A stretch of DNA of 64,000 nucleotides from an uncultured Acidobacteriota bacterium (GCA_963822895.1 CAWGJI010000014.1:51337-115336), one strand, 5' to 3'. Positions 47,302 through 60,176 are shown, counted from the first letter of the stretch. The notes: generated by a model not told the origin, from the sequence alone. Made by a program: numbers and translations.

Positions 47302-47853
47302 ATGGACCTCCCAGTCATCATGGTCGAAGGCGACAGCGATAGAGCAGCGCTCGAAGCGGCTGCAGACGTGCTCGGCTTGGACCGGTCCTCCATATCGATC
47401 TTGGTGATGAATGGCGCCACCAACGTGGTCAGGCTGCTTGGCGAGATGGTCGCAACCGGCGTACGGGTGGCCGGTCTGTATGACGTTGGTGAAGAGGCCC
47501 ACATCGTGCGAGCCATGTCCGCGGCCGGTATGACGGATGGTCACGATCCGACCGCTCTGAAGAGGCTCGGATTCTTCGAGTGCGATTACGACCTGGAGTG
47601 GGAGCTGATCCGGGCGCTGGGAGCCGCTCGCGTCATCGACGTGATCGAGACACAGGGCGACGACCTGCGGCGTTTTCGCCGGCTGCAACAGATGCCCGAG
47701 TGGCGTGGGCAGAAGGTCGAGGACCAATTGCGAAGGTGGTTCGGCAGCGGTAGTCGTCGCAAGGTCAGGTATGCCGCACTCCTCGTCCGGGCGATGGACG
47801 CCGTTGAGATCCCGCGACCGCTCCGCCAGGTATTGGACTACGCCCTCGGGTGA
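47302..47853 (+). CDS. TOPRIM/OLD-family-like nuclease-domain protein. It is standalone, with no adjacent ABC-ATPase partner.
   Basis: 'VIMVEGDSDRAALE' is a TOPRIM acidic motif. The later 'CDYDLEWELIRALG' resembles the OLD-family/DUF4276 C-terminal region. Confidence 0.4.
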   Translation: MDLPVIMVEGDSDRAALEAAADVLGLDRSSISILVMNGATNVVRLLGEMVATGVRVAGLYDVGEEAHIVRAMSAAGMTDGHDPTALKRLGFFECDYDLEWELIRALGAARVIDVIETQGDDLRRFRRLQQMPEWRGQKVEDQLRRWFGSGSRRKVRYAALLVRAMDAVEIPRPLRQVLDYALG

Positions 47854-47884
47854 CGGCGATGGAGCACCGTCCTACGCTCGATTG

Positions 47885-50438
<2,554 letters not shown>

Positions 50439-50454
50439 TGCTCTCGGCTCCTTC

Positions 50455-50640
50455 TGATTGTGGTTTGCGCCCTGGTGTTCACGCTTCGGGGCTGACGCTC
50501 GTTCATGTAGGCGGCGGCAGTGTCGACATGACGGTATCCAACCTCCAGTGCTTCGCTCACCGCCTTTACCGTCTCGTCAGTGCGGCGTCTGGAATACGCC
50601 GTACCCCAATGCCGGGATCTCGACTCCGTTGTTCAATCGA
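50455..50640 (-). pseudogene. Truncated, frameshifted remnant of an aldo/keto reductase (2,5-DKG-reductase-like N-terminus).
   Basis: Joining frames on the minus strand gives 'MQFPTL|LNNGVEIPALGYGVFQTP|DETVKAVSEALEVGYRHVDTAAAYMNE'. It needs two frame corrections and ends ~50 nt before the DUF2255 start. It is too short to be listed in the ORF track. Confidence 0.45.
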
Positions 50641-50769
50641 GAGTGGGGAATTGCATCGGACTCCTCCTGTGGCCTTTCTCATCGCGTTTGTGAACCGCCC
50701 TGCGTCCACTGTGTCGAATTCCCCGGAAGCCATTAGTCAAGCAAGGTCGTCCCTTGCCAGAATCGGTCG

Positions 50770-51516
50770 ATGGATGCAGGTGCCTACCTGGAGCGGATCG
50801 GGATCCGAGGTCCGGTCGAGCCCGACCTGGCCAATCTCGAAAGACTGCAACGTCTCCACATGACCGCAGTCCCGTTCGAGAATCTCGATGTGTTCTATCG
50901 CCGTGGTGTGCAGACCTCCGACGGGTGGTCGGTGCCAAAGATCGTCGAGCGAGGCCGTGGAGGATGGTGTTTCGAGCTCAACGGTGCCTTCGCCGCCCTT
51001 CTATCCGAGTTTGGCTATGCGGTCAAACGATTGGCAGCCACCGTCCTCTACCCACCGATCTCTCCAATGCCCACCCATCTCACGCTGGAGGTCCAACTGG
51101 ACCGGCCCTACCTCGTCGATGTCGGTTTCGGAGATTCCTTCATCCGGCCGCTTCCCCTCGACTCGGAAGGACCACACGACGGTGGGACCGGGGACTTCGG
51201 GTTCGTGTTCGAAGGCGAGCACACGACGCTCGTCAGTTTCGAGCCGGGGGGAGTCGTGGAGCCGCACTATCGGTTCGGCACGAGTGCGGCCGAGCCCTCG
51301 GACTTCGACGAGGCATCGACGTGGCTGCAGACCGCCCCGGATCTGTCCTGGACGAGGTCACGATTCGCCACCAGGCTGATCGACGGGGGCCCTGACCGGG
51401 TGACCCTCCTCGACGACCGACTGAAGTTCAGACGGGATGGAGATTGGTCGGAGCGAGAGGTGGATGAGAGTGAGTGGGCGATCCTGCTGGATCAGTGGTT
51501 CGGGATGACGCCATGA
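50770..51516 (+). CDS. nat: Arylamine N-acetyltransferase.
   Basis: 'GGWCFELNGAF' contains the catalytic Cys, and 'TAVPFENLDV' is also present. Confidence 0.8.
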   Translation: MDAGAYLERIGIRGPVEPDLANLERLQRLHMTAVPFENLDVFYRRGVQTSDGWSVPKIVERGRGGWCFELNGAFAALLSEFGYAVKRLAATVLYPPISPMPTHLTLEVQLDRPYLVDVGFGDSFIRPLPLDSEGPHDGGTGDFGFVFEGEHTTLVSFEPGGVVEPHYRFGTSAAEPSDFDEASTWLQTAPDLSWTRSRFATRLIDGGPDRVTLLDDRLKFRRDGDWSEREVDESEWAILLDQWFGMTP

Positions 51517-51538
51517 CGGCGGACTCTTCTGTTCACGG

Positions 51539-52864
51539 ATGGGTTTCAGTCGTGGTTTCGGCCATGCCAATCTGGTTCGTCATATCGCGGCGACGAGGAG
51601 CCAACCACTGATGGGCTTGAACGAGGACTCGGGAGAAGCCGATCCACCATCCCAGATGAAGGTCCGTCAGCTTCCCCGCAATGTCAAGGCCGTCAGTCTG
51701 ACCAGCTTTCTCATGGACGTCTCGAGCGAGATGGTGATCAACATCCTCCCCCTCTTCCTCTCCAATGTGTTGGGAGTCCGGACCGCTCTCATCGGTGTGA
51801 TCGAAGGGACGGCGGAGGCGGTGGCCAGTCTCCTCAAGGTGTTCTCCGGGTGGCTCTCGGATCGCCTTGGTTCCCGAAAGTGGCTGGCCGTCCTCGGGTA
51901 CGGCTTCTCGGCGCTGAGCAAGCCCTTCTTCTACTTCGCACACTCGTGGGAGGTCGTGGCGGGTGCCCGCTGGGCCGACCGGGTTGGCAAGGGAATCCGG
52001 ACCGCACCACGTGATGCCCTGGTCGCCGACTCGATCGACGAGAAGAATCGGGGGCTGGCCTTCGGGTTCCACCGGGCCGCCGACACCGCCGGTGCGATGC
52101 TCGGGCTGCTGATTGCCTTGGGGATCGTCTGGATGGCACAGGGCAACGGGATCGATCTGGGGGAGAGGACCTTTCAGATCATCGTTTTGGTCAGCATCCC
52201 TCCGGCGATCCTGGCGGTGGTGGCGTTGGCCTGGCTGGCACACGACGTGCCTCGCACCGGGGAGGCAGGGGAGCGCCCCCGATTCGCCCTAAGGCCGTTG
52301 GGCCGACCCTTCATCATGTTCCTGCTGATCGTCGGCGTTTTCGACCTGGGCAACTCATCGGACGCCTTCCTGGTCTTGCGCGCCCAGGAGCGTGGGCTCA
52401 GCGTGGTCGGGGTCCTGGCCATGCTCGCCACCTTCAACCTGATCTATGCGCTGATCTCGACACCGGCCGGTTCGTGGTCGGACCGGATCGGACGACGCAA
52501 GATCATCATCGGGGGATGGATCGCCTACGCCATCATCTACTTCGGCTTCGGGCTCGCCCAAACAGCGTGGCAGATCTGGATGCTCTACGCCGTGTACGGG
52601 CTGTACTACGGCCTGGCGTACGGGACGGCCAAGGCGCTGGTGGCCGACCTGGTCCCGGCTCATCTACGTGGCACCGCCTACGGCACCTACAACGCCACCC
52701 TGGGCATCCTCGACTTCCCCGCCTCTGCCATCGCCGGTGTCCTCTGGCAGGGAGTGGGTAGCTGGCGGGGCTTTGGCCCATCCGCACCATTCATATTCGG
52801 CGGAACACTGGCGTTGCTCGCCGCCTTGATGCTGGGCATCAGCGACATCGGACGTGGGCACTGA
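51539..52864 (+). CDS. MFS transporter.
   Basis: It has 12 predicted TM helices. The true start may be an internal Met near 51611–51656. Confidence 0.75.
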   Translation: MGFSRGFGHANLVRHIAATRSQPLMGLNEDSGEADPPSQMKVRQLPRNVKAVSLTSFLMDVSSEMVINILPLFLSNVLGVRTALIGVIEGTAEAVASLLKVFSGWLSDRLGSRKWLAVLGYGFSALSKPFFYFAHSWEVVAGARWADRVGKGIRTAPRDALVADSIDEKNRGLAFGFHRAADTAGAMLGLLIALGIVWMAQGNGIDLGERTFQIIVLVSIPPAILAVVALAWLAHDVPRTGEAGERPRFALRPLGRPFIMFLLIVGVFDLGNSSDAFLVLRAQERGLSVVGVLAMLATFNLIYALISTPAGSWSDRIGRRKIIIGGWIAYAIIYFGFGLAQTAWQIWMLYAVYGLYYGLAYGTAKALVADLVPAHLRGTAYGTYNATLGILDFPASAIAGVLWQGVGSWRGFGPSAPFIFGGTLALLAALMLGISDIGRGH

Positions 52865-52939
52865 AGGCGACTCGACATGAGAGTCATGGAGCTCGAGCCT
52901 GAGGCCTGCTTGGGCTCGGGTTCGCCATAGAGTGAAGCC

Positions 52940-53440
52940 ATGCCCGTCTTCAAGTCCGTCGTCATCGGGGCCGCCGCCGGAGCTGCCGGCACTCTTGGTA
53001 TGGACCTGCTCTGGTATGGCCGCTTCAAGCGCGGCGGCGGCTCGGAGCCATTCATCGATTGGGAGACGTCGAAGGGTCTCGAAGGCTATGAGGAAGCTCC
53101 CGCCCCTGCCCGGACGGCCAAAGCCGTTGCCGACCTTGCCGGACTCGACCTGCCGGAGTCGTCGGCGCGGACGACCAACAACGTGGTCCACTGGATCACC
53201 GGGATCGGGTGGGGCAAGGCCCACGGCGTCGCAGCCAGCGTTCTTGGCACGGCAAACCCGCTACTCGGGCTCGGAACCGCTGTTGTCGCCTGGGCAACCA
53301 GTTACGTGGTGCTGCCCCGATTGGGTGTCTACAAGCCGATCACCGAATACGACGGAGAAGTCCTGTGGCAGGACCTGAGCGCCCACCTCGTCTTCGGTCT
53401 GACGCTCGGGGTCTTCTACCGGATGTTCGCCAAGCGCTGA
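52940..53440 (+). CDS. Hypothetical membrane protein.
   Basis: Hydrophobic segments with Gly/Ala-rich helices are present. Confidence 0.4.
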   Translation: MPVFKSVVIGAAAGAAGTLGMDLLWYGRFKRGGGSEPFIDWETSKGLEGYEEAPAPARTAKAVADLAGLDLPESSARTTNNVVHWITGIGWGKAHGVAASVLGTANPLLGLGTAVVAWATSYVVLPRLGVYKPITEYDGEVLWQDLSAHLVFGLTLGVFYRMFAKR

Positions 53441-53609
53441 TAGCCCTCCGTCAGGGGCCGACGGAGCTCGACCCCCGACGTCTCTCCAATGCGCCGGGAC
53501 TCCCCGGCACTTTCACATGCCCGGCACGAGGGCGAATCCGACTCATGCATCGAGGATGTCGGGAAACGGCGCCGGCCGGGCATATACCCTTCGAGTGGAC
53601 AGGAGATTC

Positions 53610-54164
53610 ATGGCACGCGACGAGGAGTGGTTTGTCGGTCTCTTTCGCCGCCACTTCGTACCGCTGAACGCCTATTGCGTCCGTCGGGTCGGGGCCGTCG
53701 ACGCCAGCGATGCCGTCTCTCGCGTTTTTGCCATCGCCTGGGATCGGCGGGACAGCATGCCCCGTGGGGCAGACGAGCGGTCGTGGTTGTTCGGCGTCGC
53801 TCGCAACGTTCTCCGTCACCATTGGCGAAGCACGGCACGATCGCGACGACTCGTCGAGAAGGTGTCTGCTCTGCGTCCCACCCCGTACGCCGACGTCGAG
53901 ACGATCGTGGTTGAGCGTGCCGAGCATGAGAACGTTCGCAGGGCGCTGAGTCGGTTAACGGAATCCGACCAGGAGATCTTGATGCTGGCGGCCTGGGAAG
54001 GGCTGAGTCAGCGGAAGATCGCCGAGACGACAGGGCTTTCGCTGGCCGCCGTGGAGAAGCGCCTGGCCCGAGCAAAGGCCCGTCTCGCTCATCAATACGA
54101 GGCGACCGAAGCGAGTCGTCTTCTCTCTCCAATGCGAAGACAGAAGGGAGGTCGTGACCGATGA
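53610..54164 (+). CDS. ECF (sigma-70 family) sigma factor.
   Basis: Region 2 'FAIAWDRR' and region 4 'LSQRKIAETTGLSLAAVEKRLARA' are present. The RBS AGGAG sits at ~53601. Confidence 0.8.
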   Translation: MARDEEWFVGLFRRHFVPLNAYCVRRVGAVDASDAVSRVFAIAWDRRDSMPRGADERSWLFGVARNVLRHHWRSTARSRRLVEKVSALRPTPYADVETIVVERAEHENVRRALSRLTESDQEILMLAAWEGLSQRKIAETTGLSLAAVEKRLARAKARLAHQYEATEASRLLSPMRRQKGGRDR

Positions 54165-54976
54165 CACCCAGTGACGCCTACTCACTTCTAGTGGAGGCGA
54201 ATCCCGTGCCCGACCCATTCGGGTATTTCGAGGACCTCGCCCAAGGGTCACCGGTCATTGAGCCTCATGAACTGAGGAGAGAAGCAATGCAATCGATCGA
54301 CATCGAGCCCAAGACGATGGATGAGCGTGCGCAACGCAACCGGTGGATCGCCATAGCAATCGTCGCCCTGATCGCTGTGCTGGCGACTGTCGCCATTGTC
54401 ATAGACCGCGCCCCGGTGGCGGACAACCCCACCGACGCGGAGTTAGCTATCGCACGCACCCAGGACTTTCTAAATGCTCGAGATGCCACCGACCTCCAGA
54501 CCGCCGCCGGGTCGGATTTCCTGGTCGGTTCCGCCGTGATGACTGAGTGGGAGTGGTGGTCCGCTTTCGCCCGGGCCGGCTACCGCGGCGAAGTCAGTCC
54601 GTGTAGGACAACCGGAGGGTCTCCGGCGATCTCCGTCGTTTGCTCACTCAACCCAGCCGACCCAGTCATGCTGGCGCTGGGCGTAGACGAAATGGAGCTC
54701 GAGTTTCAGTTCTTCCCCGACGCCGGGGCGGCCGGCCAACTAAAGGCACCTGGGTACATCGACTATCGAGCCAACGGTATCGCAGAGGCGTACGGGACGT
54801 ACATGTCTGCCTATCAGCCGGGCATTTATGCCGAATCGTGTTCGCCGGGGGCATACGAAACCGAATCGATTCTCTCGAGCGATGGCATTGCATTCACCCC
54901 GGAGTGCGCGCAGGCACTGATCCCGTATCTGGACGAGATCGCTAGCTGGATCGATGATGGTCGACCCATGCCCTGA
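54161..54976 (+). CDS. Putative single-pass membrane anti-sigma factor.
   Basis: It forms an ATGA overlap with the sigma gene and has the TM helix 'WIAIAIVALIAVLATVAIVI'. Confidence 0.5.
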   Translation: MTPSDAYSLLVEANPVPDPFGYFEDLAQGSPVIEPHELRREAMQSIDIEPKTMDERAQRNRWIAIAIVALIAVLATVAIVIDRAPVADNPTDAELAIARTQDFLNARDATDLQTAAGSDFLVGSAVMTEWEWWSAFARAGYRGEVSPCRTTGGSPAISVVCSLNPADPVMLALGVDEMELEFQFFPDAGAAGQLKAPGYIDYRANGIAEAYGTYMSAYQPGIYAESCSPGAYETESILSSDGIAFTPECAQALIPYLDEIASWIDDGRPMP

Positions 54977-55366
54977 CCTGGCTGAGGCCGGAGACGCTTT
55001 GTGAGCTAGCTAGAGGGCAGTCGAATCTCACGTGGACGGTTTGTTGGTATTTCGGTCGTTGGGACCGCTTGAGAGTCACCCCGCCCTCGCAGGCGACGGA
55101 TTGATTGGGTACTCACCGTCGCCGTCCTGCTCGCCACAGCCCGGTATTGGCTGGATGCACGCCTGAGGAGATCCAACAGTCGATTGGAGCACTCACCATC
55201 AGCTTTGAGCAGGGAGGGGTGGAGAGTGGGCTTTCCACGGCCATGTTCATCGGTGAGCAGAACGCTCTGGTCATCGGAATGAGACTCGGCTCACTGGCGA
55301 CCTGACCATCTCGGCAACGCCTACCAGCCATGCGACGTCAGACGGAGATGCATAGGACGGGCACCG

Positions 55367-57136
55367 CTAATCGGCGAACACCTGCACCTCGTGGAGGATG
55401 ACCCAGCCGTCCATCCTGGTGGTTTCAACCCGCACGTAGCGAACCCCGGCCACAGGTTCGAATGCGATGGTGAGCCAGTCGCCCTGCGAGGCGTCGGCCG
55501 ACACCTCTCCGGCCAGTTCTCCCTTGCCGGTCTCACCGTCAGCGCGCAGATAGACCCGATGGGTCTGTGGTCCGGGTGGCGACACGTGCCCGATCAGGAT
55601 TTCAACCCGGCCCACAGTCGTGTTCTGACCCAGGTCGACCTCGATCCACTGTGGTGGCTCCTCGGCTGCGCTCCACCAGGTGGCGTCGCTCCCGTCGACG
55701 GCCCGGGCCGCCGAGTATTCCTCGTTCTCCTCCGCCGAAGCAGTCACCGGTTGGTCGAGGGCGAGATTGGCCGAGGCATATGGCCCGGGGTCGCAGGGGT
55801 CGGGACGAACTTCCGGTGACAGCGCCCGGGCCAGCACGGCGCCATGGGAGTCGGCGGTGACGACCTCATCGTCCTTGTCCGCACCCCAGAACCAGACGAG
55901 CCATCCCCCAAAGCCGAGGTCGCACGAGTTGGCCTGCCAACGCGCAACATTGGCTGCGGCCTCCTCGGGATCGGGGAAGGCCTGCTCGAAGGAGCCGAAC
56001 TCACCCAGCAGAAGCGGATAACCGAGCGGGTCACCCGTCAGCCGATATGCCGCTCCGATCGAGCTCCAGGTGCCGCCCAGCCCGTTGTAGGCGTGGAGGT
56101 CGACGAAGTCGAGGCTCGACTTCTGGAGGATCTCATCGGGAACCACCCACCGGTTGTCTCCCGACACCCGCCCCGCATCAGGGTCCTCTGGCGAGAAGAA
56201 TCCCATCGTGATGAGGGCGCCGTCATCGATCGCTCGGATGGCGTCACCGACTGTGGTGACATACGCCCGGAGGTTGTTGACCACCATCTCGGCGACGGCG
56301 TCGTCGTCGGCAAGATCGTAAGTGACCCCATCCGCAGTCGTCACCGATCCTTCTTCGAGGGGGATCGGGGGAACGTCACGAAGGACGAACTGCTCGTTCG
56401 CCAACTCCCAGCCGAGGAGATGATGGGTGGGGGCGCCTCGTTGTTCGATACCTTCGAGCAGGTCGGTCCAGTACTCCACTGCGATCGCATGCCCCTCCGA
56501 GCTGAGATAAAGAGAGTTGCGATAGCCGCCGAATGGCGTGCAGCAGGGAAGACGCTCGCTGTATCCGGGATCGGGCACGTCGTTGCTCGTGGGCATCGCT
56601 ACCAAACCGTGTTGCTCCAGCCGAATCAGGAGATCGGTCAGGTTGTCCAAATAGTCATCACGTATGCCGGACGAAGTGCTCGTGCACGACATGCACATGT
56701 CGAGGAAGAACCGCACTGTGTTGAACCCGAGGCCCGAGATCGCATCCAGCTGACTCTCCACCCAGTCTGGGTCGTACCTCTCGAACATCCGGTCACCTCC
56801 GCCTCCGCCCAGTTTCATGAGGAGATTGACCCCTCGTGGGACGAAGACGTCGCCGGTTCGGGTGTCGATGAACTGGTCGCCCGAGATTGCGATCCAGCGG
56901 TCTTGGGTTTCGGGGATGGCGAGACTGGTGGTGGTAGTAGTCGGAGACGTGGTCGTCGTGACCGTGGAGTCGCTGCCGGAGTCGATGGTCGTGACGGGGG
57001 TGGTGGTCGACGACGGGGAGGATGTGGTGGTGCATGCGGCGATCACGAGCATCAGAGCGACGCCCTCGATCACCACACCACGGACATGACCCCTCACCGG
57101 AGGTGAAGCTACACACTCCCGCCCTGCCGGCACCAA
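55367..57136 (-). CDS. Secreted GH5 glycoside hydrolase with a C-terminal F5/8 type C (CBM32) domain.
   Basis: A Thr/Ser-rich linker is followed by the GH5 (β/α)8 domain. The C-terminal 'SAARAVDGSDATWWS...WIEVDLG...VRVETTRM' is the discoidin/CBM32 signature. A lipobox-like 'LVIAAC' is near the N-terminus. Confidence 0.75.
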   Translation of the reverse strand: MVPAGRECVASPPVRGHVRGVVIEGVALMLVIAACTTTSSPSSTTTPVTTIDSGSDSTVTTTTSPTTTTTSLAIPETQDRWIAISGDQFIDTRTGDVFVPRGVNLLMKLGGGGGDRMFERYDPDWVESQLDAISGLGFNTVRFFLDMCMSCTSTSSGIRDDYLDNLTDLLIRLEQHGLVAMPTSNDVPDPGYSERLPCCTPFGGYRNSLYLSSEGHAIAVEYWTDLLEGIEQRGAPTHHLLGWELANEQFVLRDVPPIPLEEGSVTTADGVTYDLADDDAVAEMVVNNLRAYVTTVGDAIRAIDDGALITMGFFSPEDPDAGRVSGDNRWVVPDEILQKSSLDFVDLHAYNGLGGTWSSIGAAYRLTGDPLGYPLLLGEFGSFEQAFPDPEEAAANVARWQANSCDLGFGGWLVWFWGADKDDEVVTADSHGAVLARALSPEVRPDPCDPGPYASANLALDQPVTASAEENEEYSAARAVDGSDATWWSAAEEPPQWIEVDLGQNTTVGRVEILIGHVSPPGPQTHRVYLRADGETGKGELAGEVSADASQGDWLTIAFEPVAGVRYVRVETTRMDGWVILHEVQVFAD

Positions 57137-57218
57137 TCATTCAGTCCGGGCACAAGACGGGCATTTAGACCCTTGCGACCGCGATTGAGGGATGGAACTC
57201 TGGGACAGGAGGTAAGAA

Positions 57219-58025
57219 ATGAAGAGCTTTTCGGAAAAGGTCGTGGTGGTCACCGGAGGTGGCAACGGGATCGGACGTCAGGTGGTCCTGGAGTTGCTCC
57301 GTCGTGGCGCCCGGGTCGCCGCCGTGGACGTTCGCGAAGAGAGCCTGAAGGGAACCGTCGAGCTTGCCGCCGCCGGGGATCGTCTCGCCACCTTCGTGGT
57401 CGACATCACGGATAGGTCGGCAACAGCGGCACTTCCCGAACAGGTCTTGGCCGCCCATGGGGCAGTCGACGCCCTGATCAACGTCGCCGGGATCATCCAA
57501 CCGTTCGTCCGATTCAACGACCTGGACTACGACGTGATCGAGCGGGTGATGAACGTCAACTTCTACGGCACCGTCAACATGGTCAAGGCCTTCCTCCCTC
57601 ATCTACTCACACGACCCGTGGCCCATGTCGCCAATGTGTCGAGCATGGGAGGCTTCCTCCCGGTCCCCGGCCAGACGATCTACGGGGCGAGCAAGGCAGC
57701 GGTCAAGCTGATGACTGAGGGTCTCTATGCCGAGTTGATCGACACGAGGGTCGGAGTCTCGGTGATCATGCCCGGCGCCGTTGCCACCGAGATCACCGCC
57801 AACTCCGGAGTCGAGATACCCGGTGGTGTGACCTCCGCCGAGGAGTCCGAAATGAGGACGACATCCCCCGAGGACGCGGCCCGGATCATCCTCGACGGCA
57901 TCGAGTCGGACAAGTTCCACATCTTTGTGGGGCGTGACTCGCTGACGATGAACATCTTCACCCGTGTGGCTCCAAGACGGGCGACCAATCTCATCTATCG
58001 TCAGATGAAGAGTCTCCTCAGCTGA
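57219..58025 (+). CDS. SDR-family oxidoreductase.
   Basis: 'VVVVTGGGNGIGRQ' and 'YGASKAAVK' are SDR motifs. Confidence 0.85.
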   Translation: MKSFSEKVVVVTGGGNGIGRQVVLELLRRGARVAAVDVREESLKGTVELAAAGDRLATFVVDITDRSATAALPEQVLAAHGAVDALINVAGIIQPFVRFNDLDYDVIERVMNVNFYGTVNMVKAFLPHLLTRPVAHVANVSSMGGFLPVPGQTIYGASKAAVKLMTEGLYAELIDTRVGVSVIMPGAVATEITANSGVEIPGGVTSAEESEMRTTSPEDAARIILDGIESDKFHIFVGRDSLTMNIFTRVAPRRATNLIYRQMKSLLS

Positions 58026-58047
58026 TATCTTGGATCGAGGTTGGGAC

Positions 58048-59223
58048 TCAGATGATCCGTCCGGCGTGCTCCATCAGTGGCTCTCCGGAGAGAATCCTGT
58101 CCGGTCCGAGACGCCGCAGGTCGAGGCTCGGGATGCTCTCGGTGACCAGCTCGGCGAGATACCTTCCGACGGCATGGCACTGTTGGAAGCCGTGGCCGCT
58201 GAATCCGGTCGCCAGGAACAACCCTCCGATATCCGGCCATTCACCGATGATCGCGTTGGCGTCCAACCGGTTCTGGGCATAGAGCCCCGCCCAGGAGCGG
58301 ACGACTTCGAGACGGTCGAAGGCGGGGAGGTTCGAGGCGAGCTCTGGCCAGATGACGTCATAGAACTTGGATCGCGGTGCAGGCGTGAAATCAAATCCAA
58401 CCGGGTCGTCATCGGTAGACCATGCGATCAGGAAGGTCCTGTCATGCTCGGGGATGATGTAGACGCCGGAGGGCAGGAAGACGCTGGGAAGCGACCCGCT
58501 GCCTTCCACCTCTCCGGCGACGACGTAGACAGTTCGCATCACCGGATCCACCGGAATCGACACGCCGGCCGTGGCCAGGAGGTCGGCTGACCAGGCCCCG
58601 GCGGCGACCACCATGACATCCGCCTCGATCAACGAGCCATCGCCCAGTCGAGCTCCTGTGACTCGACCGTTTGCCAATGCCAAGGATTCCACCGTCCCAT
58701 TTACGGGATGGGCGCCACGGGAGATGGCCATGCGCCGGTATCCCTCGACAACGGCGTTGGGATCGACCGAGCCGTCCCGCGGGCCGAACGTGCCACCGAT
58801 CAGATGATCCGAGGCAAGGGCCGGATGTCGGGCTCCGATGGCCGCCATGTCGAGCCACACCGCATCGCATCCAAGACGCTGCTGAGTAGCGAGACCAGCC
58901 ATCGCATCGGCCTTGCCGGGCTCGTCGACGAGGAAGAGGTTCCCTTGCCTGCGCATCTGCGGCTCCGGCACGTGGCCATCGACCGTCATCTCCTCGGCGA
59001 AGGTGTCGAGACACTCCATCGCATAGATCGATATGGCGACGTTCTCTTCGAGGTTGAACTGGATGCGGACATTGCCGTCGGACAACATCGTCGACGAGTA
59101 CCGAAGGGTGGGGTCCCTCTCGATCACCGTCACCTCGAGGGCGGGGTCGAGTGTGAGCAAATGATGGGCCGTGGCCCATCCCGTGGCAGCACCCCCGATG
59201 ATGACGATCCTGTTCACATCCAC
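58048..59223 (-). CDS. FAD-dependent oxidoreductase (DAO family).
   Basis: 'IVIIGGAATGWATAHHL' is the FAD-binding motif. Confidence 0.8.
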   Translation of the reverse strand: MDVNRIVIIGGAATGWATAHHLLTLDPALEVTVIERDPTLRYSSTMLSDGNVRIQFNLEENVAISIYAMECLDTFAEEMTVDGHVPEPQMRRQGNLFLVDEPGKADAMAGLATQQRLGCDAVWLDMAAIGARHPALASDHLIGGTFGPRDGSVDPNAVVEGYRRMAISRGAHPVNGTVESLALANGRVTGARLGDGSLIEADVMVVAAGAWSADLLATAGVSIPVDPVMRTVYVVAGEVEGSGSLPSVFLPSGVYIIPEHDRTFLIAWSTDDDPVGFDFTPAPRSKFYDVIWPELASNLPAFDRLEVVRSWAGLYAQNRLDANAIIGEWPDIGGLFLATGFSGHGFQQCHAVGRYLAELVTESIPSLDLRRLGPDRILSGEPLMEHAGRII

Positions 59224-59440
59224 CGTGTCATGCTGCCGTCGGCCTCACGTTGTTCCTGTCCCTGGTCCTACAGTCGGCTTCGCCGTCCACACCGGGCGCA
59301 TTGTTGCCGGAAAGCGGCTCCTGCAACCTGGTTTTGGCTCAATCGCGATTCGGCTTAGGGTCGAAGGGCAGGCAAATAGACCCTGGCGTGACGCGCAGAG
59401 ATCCTTCCGCACCGGCCGGGATCGGTAAGGCAAGGACTAC

Positions 59441-60172
59441 ATGCAAGTCGCTCAAGGCATCCATAGGGTCACACGGGGCGTGACCAACTTCTATCTGATC
59501 GAAGACTCGGGGAAGGTGGTCCTGGTCGATGCCGGGACTCCCAAGGACTGGGATCTCTTCACCAAGACACTGGACGACCTGTCGCTCGGTCTAAATGACG
59601 TGGAGGCGGTCCTCCTCACACATGCGCACGCCGATCACACGGGTTTCGCCGAAAGAGCCCGGACAACGGCGAACACGGACGTTTGGATCCATGAGGCCGA
59701 CGAGAATTCGGTCACCACGGGAGAGACAGCCAAGCCGGACGGCGGTATGGGCGCCTATCTCTTCAAGCTGCAGATGTACAAGACGATGATGTCGCTCGGC
59801 AGCCGGGGAGCGTCAAAGATCATCCCCGTCCATGAGGTGTCCACCTTCAGCGATGGCGAGACCCTCGACGTGCCGGGCCACCCCAAGATCATCCATGCCC
59901 CGGGCCACACCGCCGGCAGCTGTGCCCTTCTCCTCGAGGGCAGAGACAGCCTCTTCGCAGGAGACGTCCTCTCGACCTGGAATCCACTCACCGGCGGCAT
60001 CGGGCCACAGATCATGCCCGCAGCCATGAATGCCAACAGCGATCAGGCGCTCCAATCGCTCGACAACCTGGATGACATCGAGGCCGGGACGATGCTCCCG
60101 GGCCACGGTGACCCATGGGGAGAGGGCGTCGCCGCGGCCGTCAAGCTGGCGCGGGAGACCGGCCGGACCTAG
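59441..60172 (+). CDS. MBL-fold metallo-hydrolase.
   Basis: 'LLTHAHADHTG' is the MBL zinc-binding motif. Confidence 0.85.
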   Translation: MQVAQGIHRVTRGVTNFYLIEDSGKVVLVDAGTPKDWDLFTKTLDDLSLGLNDVEAVLLTHAHADHTGFAERARTTANTDVWIHEADENSVTTGETAKPDGGMGAYLFKLQMYKTMMSLGSRGASKIIPVHEVSTFSDGETLDVPGHPKIIHAPGHTAGSCALLLEGRDSLFAGDVLSTWNPLTGGIGPQIMPAAMNANSDQALQSLDNLDDIEAGTMLPGHGDPWGEGVAAAVKLARETGRT

Positions 60173-60176
60173 ACGA

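Noticed and set aside
55844-57106. 420-aa ORF antisense to the GH5–CBM32 gene.
   Set aside because: It is Arg/Gly-rich antisense translation, and the GH5 and discoidin motifs are unambiguous on the minus strand.
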